The notes: generated by a model from the letters alone, not told the origin. Counted from the first letter of the stretch, positions 26,002 to 34,824 are shown. The stretch: DNA of 35,015 bases from Oscillospiraceae bacterium (GCA_031278415.1 JAITKN010000109.1:1-35015); one strand, 5' to 3'. Made by a program: numbers and translations.

Positions 26002-27216
26002 ATGAGTTTAGCAAAACAATATTTCCCGCTGATGAACATAGGCGTTGAGCGTGCGTTAGAGTTGCTCGCCGAGGCAAGCAAGAGCGTTGGCACAGAGACG
26101 CTGCCGACGGGCGAGGCTCACGGACGGGTGGTTGCCGCAGATATAAAAGCAACGGCGGATGTTCCTCCGTTTGATCGTTCGCCATACGATGGTTACGCTC
26201 TGATTTCCGCCGATACCGCAAACGCTCCGGTAACGCTTAGGGTAATTGAGGAGGTTGCCGCCGGAAGTGTGCCGAACTCATCAGTCGTGAGCGGTACGGC
26301 GGTAAAGATTCTTACCGGCGCGCCGATTCCGTTCGGCGCGGATACAGTAGTTAAATTCGAGGACACGGATTTCACCGCGGCGAGCGTAACAATACACAAA
26401 GCAACGCCGCGGGGCAATCTCGTGCCGAGAGGCGAGGACATACGCGCCGGAAGTCTAATCGCGCGGCGCGGCGGGTTTGTTACGCCTGCGATTGCCGGGA
26501 ACTTAGCGGCTCAGGGTATTGAACGTATAGAGGTGTATAAGAAGGCGCGGATTGGTATAATATCTACCGGAAATGAACTGATAAGCTCGGGCTCGGGAGC
26601 GATTCGAGACACCAACAGAGCCGCATTGGAGTCTGCGGTTAAGCGCATCGGCGCGGTTCCGATATTTTTAGGTACGGCAAGTGATGAACGCGGCGCAATT
26701 GAAAAACTGATAGATTCCGCAAGCGCAGATATGCTCATCAGCACCGGAGGTATGGGGAAAAGTGATCGCGATTTCACTCTTGCGTCATTTGAAAACTGCG
26801 GTGCCATACTGAAAATACGCAACCTTGATTGCCGTCCCGGCGGCACATTTGCGTATTTAGAGTTAGAACGGAAAGGCGTCAACGTTCTATGCCTATGCTT
26901 GTCAGGTAACCCCGCGTCGGCAATGACCGCGTTCTTCGCGGTCGTTCAGCCGGGTATTCGCAAGTTGTGCGGACAAGCAGATTGGCGGAACACTCGGTGC
27001 AAAGTTATACTTGCCGAGGCTTACGGCAAGGCGAGTCCCGTTGCCAGATTGCTTGTTGGGTCAATTGATATTTCAAGCGGCAGAGTGATGTTTACGTGTT
27101 CGGAACGCGGAAAAGGTTCGGTCAGCAGTTTTGATGGCGCTAACGCGCTCGCGATCGTACCCGAAAACTCTCCGCCGCTTGAAGTGGGTACTGAGCTTGA
27201 CGCGTATTTGATATAA
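26002..27216 (+). CDS. moeA: Molybdopterin molybdenumtransferase MoeA
   Basis: PPFDRSPYDGYAL, KILTGAPIPFGADTVVKFEDT, GIISTGNELIS and LSGNPASAM motifs. Confidence 0.9.
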   Translation: MSLAKQYFPLMNIGVERALELLAEASKSVGTETLPTGEAHGRVVAADIKATADVPPFDRSPYDGYALISADTANAPVTLRVIEEVAAGSVPNSSVVSGTAVKILTGAPIPFGADTVVKFEDTDFTAASVTIHKATPRGNLVPRGEDIRAGSLIARRGGFVTPAIAGNLAAQGIERIEVYKKARIGIISTGNELISSGSGAIRDTNRAALESAVKRIGAVPIFLGTASDERGAIEKLIDSASADMLISTGGMGKSDRDFTLASFENCGAILKIRNLDCRPGGTFAYLELERKGVNVLCLCLSGNPASAMTAFFAVVQPGIRKLCGQADWRNTRCKVILAEAYGKASPVARLLVGSIDISSGRVMFTCSERGKGSVSSFDGANALAIVPENSPPLEVGTELDAYLI

Positions 27217-27407
27217 GTCGGCTGATTATTATTCCCGCTGAGGATCCACGCGTCGCAAATTAGCGGTTCGGAATACGCCTGATTATTTTGGGGGAACAAT
27301 ACTGACTTTTCTTTGGCAAGCTTCTGCCGGACTTGCGCCTATTCTCTCGCGCCTATACCGGACTTTAACCTGTCACTTAACGAGCCGAAAAAAATCAAAA
27401 ATTTCTA

Positions 27408-27436
27408 TTGACAAACTAAGTTTCCGGATGTATAAT
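27408..27436 (+). promoter_or_regulatory. Consensus sigma-A promoter of the shikimate/Phe operon leader
   Basis: TTGACA (27408-27413), 17 nt, TATAAT (27431-27436). Confidence 0.7.
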
Positions 27437-27465
27437 GCAAATATCACAAATTGACGAGGTTTATA

Positions 27466-27558
27466 ATGCACCCAGCTAATCGCAACTATTTTATCAACTT
27501 TATTCACTTTATTGACGGCTGCTTTTTCGGCAGCTTTTTGGGGTTTGCGATAAAATAG
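27466..27558 (+). CDS. Candidate 30-codon Phe-rich leader peptide
   Basis: GAGGT (27456-27460) lies 5 nt before the ATG. The product MHPANRNYFINFIHFIDGCFFGSFLGFAIK* has 7 Phe and 1 Tyr. It sits between the promoter and a terminator hairpin. It is too short for the ORF track. Confidence 0.5.
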   Translation: MHPANRNYFINFIHFIDGCFFGSFLGFAIK

Positions 27559-27591
27559 GGAATGGGATTTGAGTTTGATAGATGTTGTCAC

Positions 27592-27626
27592 GCGGGAATC
27601 CCGAATGGGTTCCCGCCATTTATTTT
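27592..27626 (+). terminator. Intrinsic terminator (candidate attenuator) 22 nt upstream of aroB
   Basis: GCGGGAATCCC-GAAT-GGGTTCCCGC forms a 10-bp stem with one bulge, followed by CATTTATTTT. Confidence 0.65.
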
Positions 27627-27648
27627 GTAAAAATGAGGTAAAGGTCAT

Positions 27649-28707
27649 ATGAAAACTGTTCGCATCGCGGTTAGGAATAATGAACATACTATTAAATTCG
27701 GTATTGGAGCGCTTTACGCGCTTGCGGAAGCTCCCGCGATTCTCAGCGCGGACGCGGTTTGCGTTGTCGCGGACACAAACACCGCGCGGTTCATTCCGCA
27801 AGTTCGCGGCGTTCTTCCCGCTCTGCCCGTGTACGAAGTAACACTCGCCCCCGGAGAAACGCACAAAACTCCGGAAACTGTTGTCGAGCTTTGCCGCGCT
27901 TTCGCGCGGTACGGACTTACTCGCGAGAGTACGGTTATCGCGCTCGGCGGCGGAGTAGTCGGCGACATCACGGGGTTTGCCGCGTCGTGCTACATGCGTG
28001 GAATCCGTTGTGTCCAACTGCCTACCACGCTTATCGCGATGACTGACAGCGCTGTCGGCGGCAAAACGGGTGTCGATCTGCCGGAGGGCAAAAACCTATT
28101 CGGAGCGTTCCATCAACCGAGCGCGGTCATTGCGGAACTTCGTTTCCTCGATACACTTCCGGAGCGCGAAATCAAAGCGGGTCTGGGCGAAATACTCAAA
28201 TACTATGGTCTCGGGGCGTTTCCCAATGCATCTCTTGACGCTTTTCCGCTCACACAAACCTCAATGCTCTCCGATGCGTTTGAAAGTGTCATTTCCGATT
28301 GCGTCGCCTATAAGGCGAGAGTGGTTGAAGAGGACGAGTTGGATGTCGGGAAGCGGCGTTTCCTGAACTTCGGTCACAGCTTCGGTCACGCGTTGGAAAA
28401 AATGCACAATTTCAAAACGTATACTCACGGAGAGGCGGTCACATTCGGCATAATAATCGCGTTAAGAGTAGGTGTAAAACTCGGCATTACCGCGCCGGAC
28501 ACGTCGGACTCAATGCTATCCGCCGCCGCGAAAATGGGGTTGGTCACAGACAGCGGCGTCAGTCCCGCTGAGTTGCTGCCGCATATGCGCGGCGACAAGA
28601 AGAATGTGCGCGGGATTATTCGCCTTGTAATGTTAAGGCAAATCGGCGAACCGCTTATATACGAAATAACCGAATCTGAACTTAATTCGGTTTTGGAGGG
28701 TCTGTAA
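27649..28707 (+). CDS. aroB: 3-dehydroquinate synthase
   Basis: GGGVVGDITGFAASCYMRGIRCVQLPTTLIAMTDSAVGGKTGVDL and NFGHSFGHALE motifs. Confidence 0.95.
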   Translation: MKTVRIAVRNNEHTIKFGIGALYALAEAPAILSADAVCVVADTNTARFIPQVRGVLPALPVYEVTLAPGETHKTPETVVELCRAFARYGLTRESTVIALGGGVVGDITGFAASCYMRGIRCVQLPTTLIAMTDSAVGGKTGVDLPEGKNLFGAFHQPSAVIAELRFLDTLPEREIKAGLGEILKYYGLGAFPNASLDAFPLTQTSMLSDAFESVISDCVAYKARVVEEDELDVGKRRFLNFGHSFGHALEKMHNFKTYTHGEAVTFGIIIALRVGVKLGITAPDTSDSMLSAAAKMGLVTDSGVSPAELLPHMRGDKKNVRGIIRLVMLRQIGEPLIYEITESELNSVLEGL

Positions 28708-29900
28708 TGGAACTTAGAAAAGTTGGCGGAATCCCGTCCGGTGATATTCGGTTGCCGCCGTCAAAGTCAATTATGCACAGAATAATCATAGCGGAATTTC
28801 TGTCCGGACGGCGCGATTTCACAGAGTATGCGGGAATCTCTGACGATATAAGCGCTACTGCCGCTTGCGTCACGGCACTATCGCGGGGCGGCGCGCAAAT
28901 TACGCTTAACTGCGGAGAATCCGGATCCACGCTTCGGTTTGTTTTGCCGCTCGCGGCGGCACTCGGAGTGAACGCGAAGTTTACCGGCAGCGCCGGGTTG
29001 CTTTCACGTCCGATAGCCGCATTGAGCGGCGCGCTTACCGAAAACGGCGCCGAAATTAAACTCAGCCCCGATTGCATACTGCTTTCCGGACGGTTGAGAC
29101 CCGGCAAATACGTCCTGCCCGGCGATGAGTCGTCTCAGTATTTTACGGGGCTGCTGTTCGCGCTACCGCTGCTTGACGCGTCAAGCGAAATCGTAAGCGC
29201 GGGGGAGGTTCAGTCCAAGCCTTACATCGATATTACTTTAGACATAATGTCGCGATATGGAGTTAACGCAATGGAAACCGCGAACGGTTACGCCGCCGAT
29301 CCGCAGACGTACATTGCGCCGATGGAGAAAATATCGGCGGAATCGGACTGGTCGCAAGCGGCTTTCTTCCTGTGCGCGAGTGCGCTCGGCGCGAAATGTA
29401 CGATACACGGACTGCGCACTGACAGCTTACAGGGCGACCGCGCTGTCTTGGACATCCTGCGCCGCTCCGGAGCGACGGTAAGCGAGCTGAACGGCGGAAT
29501 TACACTCACCGCGGAGCGGCTGAACGCCGTCAGCTTTGACGCGTCCGATATTCCGGACATTGTTCCTCCGCTTGCCGCCGCGCTCTGCGTTGCGGACGGC
29601 GAAAGCGTTATCAGCGGTTGTTCCCGATTGCGCCACAAAGAGTCGGACAGACTCAAAACCGTAAGCGAGGCGCTTTCCGCTCTCGGCGCGAATATAAAGA
29701 TCAGCGGGGACACTCTTATTATAAGGGGCAAACCGGAACTCAGCGGCGGTCAGGCTAACGCGGCAGGAGACCATCGAATCGCGATGATGTGCGCGGTTGC
29801 GTCAGTTAAGGCTAATGGCGATGTTTTTATCGGCGGAGCGGACTGTGTGTCAAAGAGTTATCCGAATTTTTGGTCTGATTGGGAGGGCACGGAAAAATGA
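28707..29900 (+). CDS. aroA: 3-phosphoshikimate 1-carboxyvinyltransferase (EPSP synthase), compact 397-aa form
   Basis: LPPSKSIMHR, GESGSTLRF and RHKESDRL motifs. Its start overlaps the aroB stop (TAATG). Confidence 0.9.
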   Translation: MELRKVGGIPSGDIRLPPSKSIMHRIIIAEFLSGRRDFTEYAGISDDISATAACVTALSRGGAQITLNCGESGSTLRFVLPLAAALGVNAKFTGSAGLLSRPIAALSGALTENGAEIKLSPDCILLSGRLRPGKYVLPGDESSQYFTGLLFALPLLDASSEIVSAGEVQSKPYIDITLDIMSRYGVNAMETANGYAADPQTYIAPMEKISAESDWSQAAFFLCASALGAKCTIHGLRTDSLQGDRAVLDILRRSGATVSELNGGITLTAERLNAVSFDASDIPDIVPPLAAALCVADGESVISGCSRLRHKESDRLKTVSEALSALGANIKISGDTLIIRGKPELSGGQANAAGDHRIAMMCAVASVKANGDVFIGGADCVSKSYPNFWSDWEGTEK

Positions 29901-30895
29901 ACACTTTTGGCGAACGTTATAGAGTTACGGTATTCGGCGAATCTCACGGCGCGGCAATCGGTTGCGTTATAGACGGACTTCCGCCCGGATATGAGATTGA
30001 CCTTGACGCGGTACGCGCCGACCTCGCTCGGCGCGCGCCGGGCAATTCGCCTACCGCTACGGCGCGGCGGGAGACCGACAATTTCACGGTGGTGTCCGGA
30101 CTTCTGAACGGCAGGACTACAGGCGCGGCGCTTACGGCTTACGCAAGGAATTCCGACACGCGCTCACACGACTATAGCGCGGATGTTCCGCGTCCCGGTC
30201 ACAGCGATTACCCGGCAAGCGTTAAGTATTTCGGTTTTAACGACCGGCGCGGCGGCGGAATTTTTTCAGGCAGACTAACCGCGCCGTTAGTGTTTGCCGG
30301 CGCAATCGCGAAACAGATTCTGCGCGGGAAATTCGGCGCGGAAATCACGGCGCGGGCGCTCAGTATCGCCGGAGAAACGGATGAAGCGGCTCAGACCGAG
30401 AACATTCTTGCGGCTAAGGCGGCGGGCGACAGCGTTGGCGGAGTTATAGAATGTGCAGCCGCGGGACTTCCGCCGGGGTTAGGGGAACCGCTTTACGGCA
30501 GTATTGAATCTCAAATCGCGGCACTGGTGTTCGCCGTTCCCGCGGTAAAGGGAATTGAGTTCGGCGACGGATTCGGATTCGCCGCCCGGCGCGGCAGCGA
30601 GGTCAGCGACGGAATGGCGTTCGGGGCGAGCGGCGAAGTTGAGTTTCTTGCTAACCACAACGGCGGCATACTCGGAGGAATCACTACCGGTCAACCCTTG
30701 ATTTTTCGAGCGGCAATTAAGCCTACGCCGACAATCGCGCTTCCGCAAAGAACGGTAAACCTTGCCGATAAAACATCGGTAACTCACAGCTTCGCCGGGC
30801 GGCACGACCCCTGTATAGTGCTGCGGGCAATCCCGGTAATAGAAGCCGTCTGCGCTATTGCCCTAATGCAGTTTGACCTAACAAAACCAATATAG
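29897..30895 (+). CDS. aroC: Chorismate synthase
   Basis: FGERYRVTVFGESHGAAIGCVIDGLPPG, GRHDPC and SGGILGGITTG-type motifs. ATGA overlap with aroA. Confidence 0.9.
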   Translation: MNTFGERYRVTVFGESHGAAIGCVIDGLPPGYEIDLDAVRADLARRAPGNSPTATARRETDNFTVVSGLLNGRTTGAALTAYARNSDTRSHDYSADVPRPGHSDYPASVKYFGFNDRRGGGIFSGRLTAPLVFAGAIAKQILRGKFGAEITARALSIAGETDEAAQTENILAAKAAGDSVGGVIECAAAGLPPGLGEPLYGSIESQIAALVFAVPAVKGIEFGDGFGFAARRGSEVSDGMAFGASGEVEFLANHNGGILGGITTGQPLIFRAAIKPTPTIALPQRTVNLADKTSVTHSFAGRHDPCIVLRAIPVIEAVCAIALMQFDLTKPI

Positions 30896-30907
30896 GAGGA
30901 TGAAAAA

Positions 30908-31915
30908 ATGATTATTATTCTGAAGCACAACCCGCGGGATGGCGATGTTGAAACGCTGCTCGGATCGATTAAGGCACGCGGCTTAGTGGCTCAGCCGATT
31001 GCGAACGAGGGCAGTAATATGTTCGGGTTAGCCGGTGATTTAACCGGCATATCCGAAGACGATTTCCTGCGCAATCCGGCGGTTGACAAAATCGTACGCG
31101 TTAAGGAGGCGTATAAACTTGCCGGACGAAAATTTCACCCGGAGGACTCCGTATTCGACATTTGCGGCAGAAAAGTCGGCGGCGGCAATTTCGCTGTAAT
31201 AGCCGGTCCGTGCAGCGTAGAGAGCGAGGACCAGATACTTTCCGTGGCGCGGGACGTTAAATCGGCCGGAGCGCAATTCCTGCGCGGCGGAGCGTTCAAA
31301 CCGCGCACTTCGCCATACGCGTTTACGGGTCTCGGCTTGGACGGCTTAGAACTGCTGAAACTTGCCAGGGACAAGACGGGACTGCCTATCGTAACGGAAA
31401 TTATGTCAGCGGAACACCTTTCGGAGTTCGAGGCTGACGTTGACGTGATCCAAATCGGGGCGCGGAATATGCAAAACTTCACACTCCTGCGTCAGGTCGG
31501 CGCACTGAAAAAACCGGTACTGCTCAAGCGCGGATTGTCCAGCACATTAGACGAGCTTCTTCTTGCGGCGGAACACGTTATGGCGGGCGGCGCGAGGGAA
31601 ATTATGCTTTGCGAGCGCGGGATCCGGACATTCGAGACCGCTACGCGCAATACCCTTGACCTCTCAGCGGTGCCGGTACTGAAGCAGAGGTCTCATCTGC
31701 CGGTTATCATTGACCCGTCACACGCGACGGGTTACTGGAACCTTGTGGAGCCTATGGCACTCGCGGCGGCGGCTTGCGGCGCGGACGGTCTGATTATTGA
31801 GGTTCATAATCATCCGGAAGCGGCGTTGTGCGACGGCGCGCAATCGGTAACTCCGCAAGTGTTCCGGCGCATTATGACGCGAGTGAACCGTGTAAGAGAA
31901 GCGGTTGCGCAATAA
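30908..31915 (+). CDS. aroF: 3-deoxy-7-phosphoheptulonate (DAHP) synthase, type I-beta, with an N-terminal ferredoxin-like regulatory domain
   Basis: IAGPCSVES...FLRGGAFKPRTSPY...IGARNMQNF...KRG...DPSHATG motifs follow a ~70-aa N-terminal domain. AGGAGGA RBS is present. Confidence 0.9.
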   Translation: MIIILKHNPRDGDVETLLGSIKARGLVAQPIANEGSNMFGLAGDLTGISEDDFLRNPAVDKIVRVKEAYKLAGRKFHPEDSVFDICGRKVGGGNFAVIAGPCSVESEDQILSVARDVKSAGAQFLRGGAFKPRTSPYAFTGLGLDGLELLKLARDKTGLPIVTEIMSAEHLSEFEADVDVIQIGARNMQNFTLLRQVGALKKPVLLKRGLSSTLDELLLAAEHVMAGGAREIMLCERGIRTFETATRNTLDLSAVPVLKQRSHLPVIIDPSHATGYWNLVEPMALAAAACGADGLIIEVHNHPEAALCDGAQSVTPQVFRRIMTRVNRVREAVAQ

Positions 31916-31952
31916 AATTACAAATATCTAACTATTAAAGGAGATTTTTACA

Positions 31953-33083
31953 ATGACACCAAACGAAGAATTGACTACCCTGCGGCGCGAAATCGACGCT
32001 ATTGACGAGCATTTATTAAACCTGTTCCGCAAACGCCAAAAACTGTCTGACGACATCGCAAACGTTAAAGAACGCGGCAATATATCCGTAACAGACCTCG
32101 GGCGCGAACAGCTGATCATCGACCGCGCTCAGGAGAGTGCCGAGCCGGGACATCAATCGGAAACCGCTGTGTTTATCCGAACTCTTATCGCGCTGTCTAA
32201 AAAGCGTCAAACGGAAAAACTGAAATTATATACCGCCCTGGATTTTCCCGCGCCGCGCCTTGTCGGTGATGGTGCCGTCGCTTTCCAAGGCGTGGCGGGC
32301 GCGTGGAGCGAGCATACCGCTATTACGCTTTTTCCCGAGCGTGAGCGTATGTCGTGCGAGTATTTTGAAGATGTGTTTAACTCTGTAAAAACCGGACGCG
32401 CCGCATACGGTGTTCTGCCCGTAGAAAATTCGCGTACCGGCGCGATAGGAGAGGTTTATGATCTGCTTCGCCGCCACGCCTGCTACATTGTGGGGCAAAT
32501 ATGGATTCCCGTGCGGCAATGTCTGCTTGGCGTGCCGGGCGCAACTATCGCTGATATTCGCGAGGTGCGCTCGCATCCGGAAGGGTTGTCGCAGTGCTCG
32601 CGCTTTTTGAAGGGCAAGAACTGGGAGCAGACCGGTGTGCGCAATACCGCGGTCGCGGTTCAGATGACAGCGGAGGATAATGACGTTCGCCGCGCCGCGA
32701 TAGGCTCAAAGCGAGCGGCGGAAGTTTATGGTCTTGACGTCATTGCGGACAACATATCTGACGACCCCAAGAACAGAACACGCTTTATCGCGATTGCGGC
32801 GGAACCCTACTATGACGAGAAATCCAACATTGTGACCATCAGCTTTTCCACCGCGCATAAGGCGGGCGCCCTGTGCGATACTTTACAGGCGTTTCAGCTC
32901 GCGGGACTGAATTTAACACGGCTTGAGTCCCGACCGGGCTCGCAGGGCAAATACAGATTCTTTGCCGATTTAGACGCGTCCATTACCGATGCGGCGGCAC
33001 GGGAGGCAATTGCTCAGGCGGCGGCGCAATCAGACTACTTTGAGGTACTGGGCTGCTACGGCGAAATCGGGGAACCTAAATGA
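31953..33083 (+). CDS. pheA: Bifunctional chorismate mutase / prephenate dehydratase (P-protein) with a C-terminal ACT domain
   Basis: LRREIDAIDEHLLNLFRKR is the CM type II motif. VAFQGVAGAWSE...TRF...ESRP are the PDT/ACT motifs. Confidence 0.9.
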   Translation: MTPNEELTTLRREIDAIDEHLLNLFRKRQKLSDDIANVKERGNISVTDLGREQLIIDRAQESAEPGHQSETAVFIRTLIALSKKRQTEKLKLYTALDFPAPRLVGDGAVAFQGVAGAWSEHTAITLFPERERMSCEYFEDVFNSVKTGRAAYGVLPVENSRTGAIGEVYDLLRRHACYIVGQIWIPVRQCLLGVPGATIADIREVRSHPEGLSQCSRFLKGKNWEQTGVRNTAVAVQMTAEDNDVRRAAIGSKRAAEVYGLDVIADNISDDPKNRTRFIAIAAEPYYDEKSNIVTISFSTAHKAGALCDTLQAFQLAGLNLTRLESRPGSQGKYRFFADLDASITDAAAREAIAQAAAQSDYFEVLGCYGEIGEPK

Positions 33084-34030
33084 GACCATCGGAGCGTAAC
33101 ATTGTTTTAATTGGTATGCCCGGTGTCGGCAAAACGACCGTAGGGAGACTTGTTTCGGCAAACCTGAAGCGCGAATTCTACGACTCTGACGCGGAAATCG
33201 AAGCGGACAGCGGCGAAACTTGCGCGGAGTTCATTTCTTCACACGGCGAAGATGGGTTTCGGCGCAGCGAGCGAGCTGTTATTCGTCGGCTGCTTGAAAA
33301 GCGCGGAATCGTGATTGCTGTCGGCGGCGGCGCGCCGGTTTATAACGAAGATTTGCTGCGCAAAAACAGCGTTGTTGTGTATCTTTGCCGCCCGTTGGAG
33401 GATATAGCCAAAAGCCTGGATAACACGTCACGTCCGCTGTCTAAGAGCTTAGATGACCTGAAATCATTGGCTGACGCTCGCGGTGTAATATACGAACGCT
33501 GCGCGGACGCGGTTATTACGTCCGGTTCGGCGGAGGACGCGGCAGCGGCGGTCGTTAAAGAGATTGGGAAATATATGAAGGCGAAAATACTTGTTCTCAA
33601 CGGACCTAACCTAAATATGCTGGGCATACGCGAGCCGACGGTTTACGGAAACAGAAGCTACGCCGACCTTTGCGATTTCATTCGGAATACGGCGGACGAA
33701 CGCGGGATTGCGATTACATTCAAGCAGTCTAATCACGAGGGTGAACTGATTGACATTATTCAGTCGGCGTTGGACGCGTTTGACGGGATTGTGATCAACC
33801 CGGGCGCGTACACGCATTACAGCTACGCGATCCACGATGCGCTGAAAGCCGCCGAACGCGTTCCCGCCGCGGAGGTGCATATCTCCGACATTAAATCGCG
33901 CGAGGTTTGGCGGCAAACTTCAGTTACAGCTCCCGCGTGCGTCGCGCAAATCTCCGGACGCGGATTTCAGGGTTACGTCGACGCGATAGACCTGTTGCTG
34001 GAAAGGTTGGAAACGCAGTGCGTACATTAA
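33080..34030 (+). CDS. aroK/aroQ: Fusion protein: shikimate kinase (N-terminal) and type II 3-dehydroquinate dehydratase (C-terminal)
   Basis: Walker A GMPGVGKTT opens the SK body (aa 1-165). Then MKAKILVLNGPNLNMLGIREP...SNHEGELID...INPGAYTHYS continues in the same frame with no stop. The internal ATG is at 33575. Confidence 0.85.
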   Translation: MRPSERNIVLIGMPGVGKTTVGRLVSANLKREFYDSDAEIEADSGETCAEFISSHGEDGFRRSERAVIRRLLEKRGIVIAVGGGAPVYNEDLLRKNSVVVYLCRPLEDIAKSLDNTSRPLSKSLDDLKSLADARGVIYERCADAVITSGSAEDAAAAVVKEIGKYMKAKILVLNGPNLNMLGIREPTVYGNRSYADLCDFIRNTADERGIAITFKQSNHEGELIDIIQSALDAFDGIVINPGAYTHYSYAIHDALKAAERVPAAEVHISDIKSREVWRQTSVTAPACVAQISGRGFQGYVDAIDLLLERLETQCVH

Positions 34031-34824
34031 GACTCGCGGTAATAGGCACTCCGATCAGACACTCACTGTCGCCGATGATACATTCCCTGTTCGCGAAGGC
34101 GCTGGGTTTGAGCGTAAGCTGCGATGCCATTGATGTCGCGCCGAAGCGGTTGGATGATTTTGTTCGCGGGTCACGGCGAAATCTTGACGGATTCAACGTA
34201 ACAATGCCGCATAAGGAGACAATCATTCCGCTTTTGGATAGTCTTGATGTCTCCGCCATAGAGTGCGGCGCGGCAAATACGGTAAGAAATTCGGACGGAC
34301 TGTTAAAGGGTCACGCCACGGATGGTTCCGGTGTGTTATGGGCGCTTCAAGCCAAGTTCGGAAACACAGAGGGCAAACGCGCCGTAATTATCGGGGCGGG
34401 CGGCGCGGCTAAGGCGGCGGCGAACGCGCTTGTTGGTTCCGGAGCGGACGTAACCGTGGTTTCACGCCGCAAGATTGACTTACCTGACACGACCTCGGCA
34501 TATTTTGAGCAGCTTAGTGATGTTTGCGAAGGCGCGGAAATCCTCATCAACGCAACTCCGCTCGGAATGACGGGGAATATGGAGTTTACAGACTTTGCGG
34601 ACTTTGCGTTCCTTGATAATACTAACGCAACCGTATTCGAGTTCGTGTACAACCCGCGTGAAACCAATTTGCTGCGGGCAGCGAAAACGCGCGGGCTGCA
34701 AACTATCGACGGGCTTAGTCTGCTTATCGGACAAGCGGCGGACGCGTTTAGAATCTTCAGCGGTTTGCCGGTTCCGGAGAGAGTAGCTTCGGAGGTTTAT
34801 GAGAAGATTGGCAAAAACCCTTGA
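34018..34824 (+). CDS. aroE: Shikimate dehydrogenase
   Basis: GTPIRHSLSPMIHS, FNVTMPHKE, NTV and GAGGAAKA motifs. The GTG 34018 start is chosen by length, overlaps the upstream gene by 13 nt, and is uncertain. Confidence 0.85.
   Translation: MRTLRLAVIGTPIRHSLSPMIHSLFAKALGLSVSCDAIDVAPKRLDDFVRGSRRNLDGFNVTMPHKETIIPLLDSLDVSAIECGAANTVRNSDGLLKGHATDGSGVLWALQAKFGNTEGKRAVIIGAGGAAKAAANALVGSGADVTVVSRRKIDLPDTTSAYFEQLSDVCEGAEILINATPLGMTGNMEFTDFADFAFLDNTNATVFEFVYNPRETNLLRAAKTRGLQTIDGLSLLIGQAADAFRIFSGLPVPERVASEVYEKIGKNP

Noticed and set aside
27437-27648. T-box riboswitch controlling the aromatic operon
   Set aside because: The leader is only ~200 nt. I could not find the conserved T-box sequence (…GGTGGTACCGCG-like) or the AGAGA/GA-motif elements. 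A leader-peptide attenuator fits better, but a covariance-model scan is still needed.
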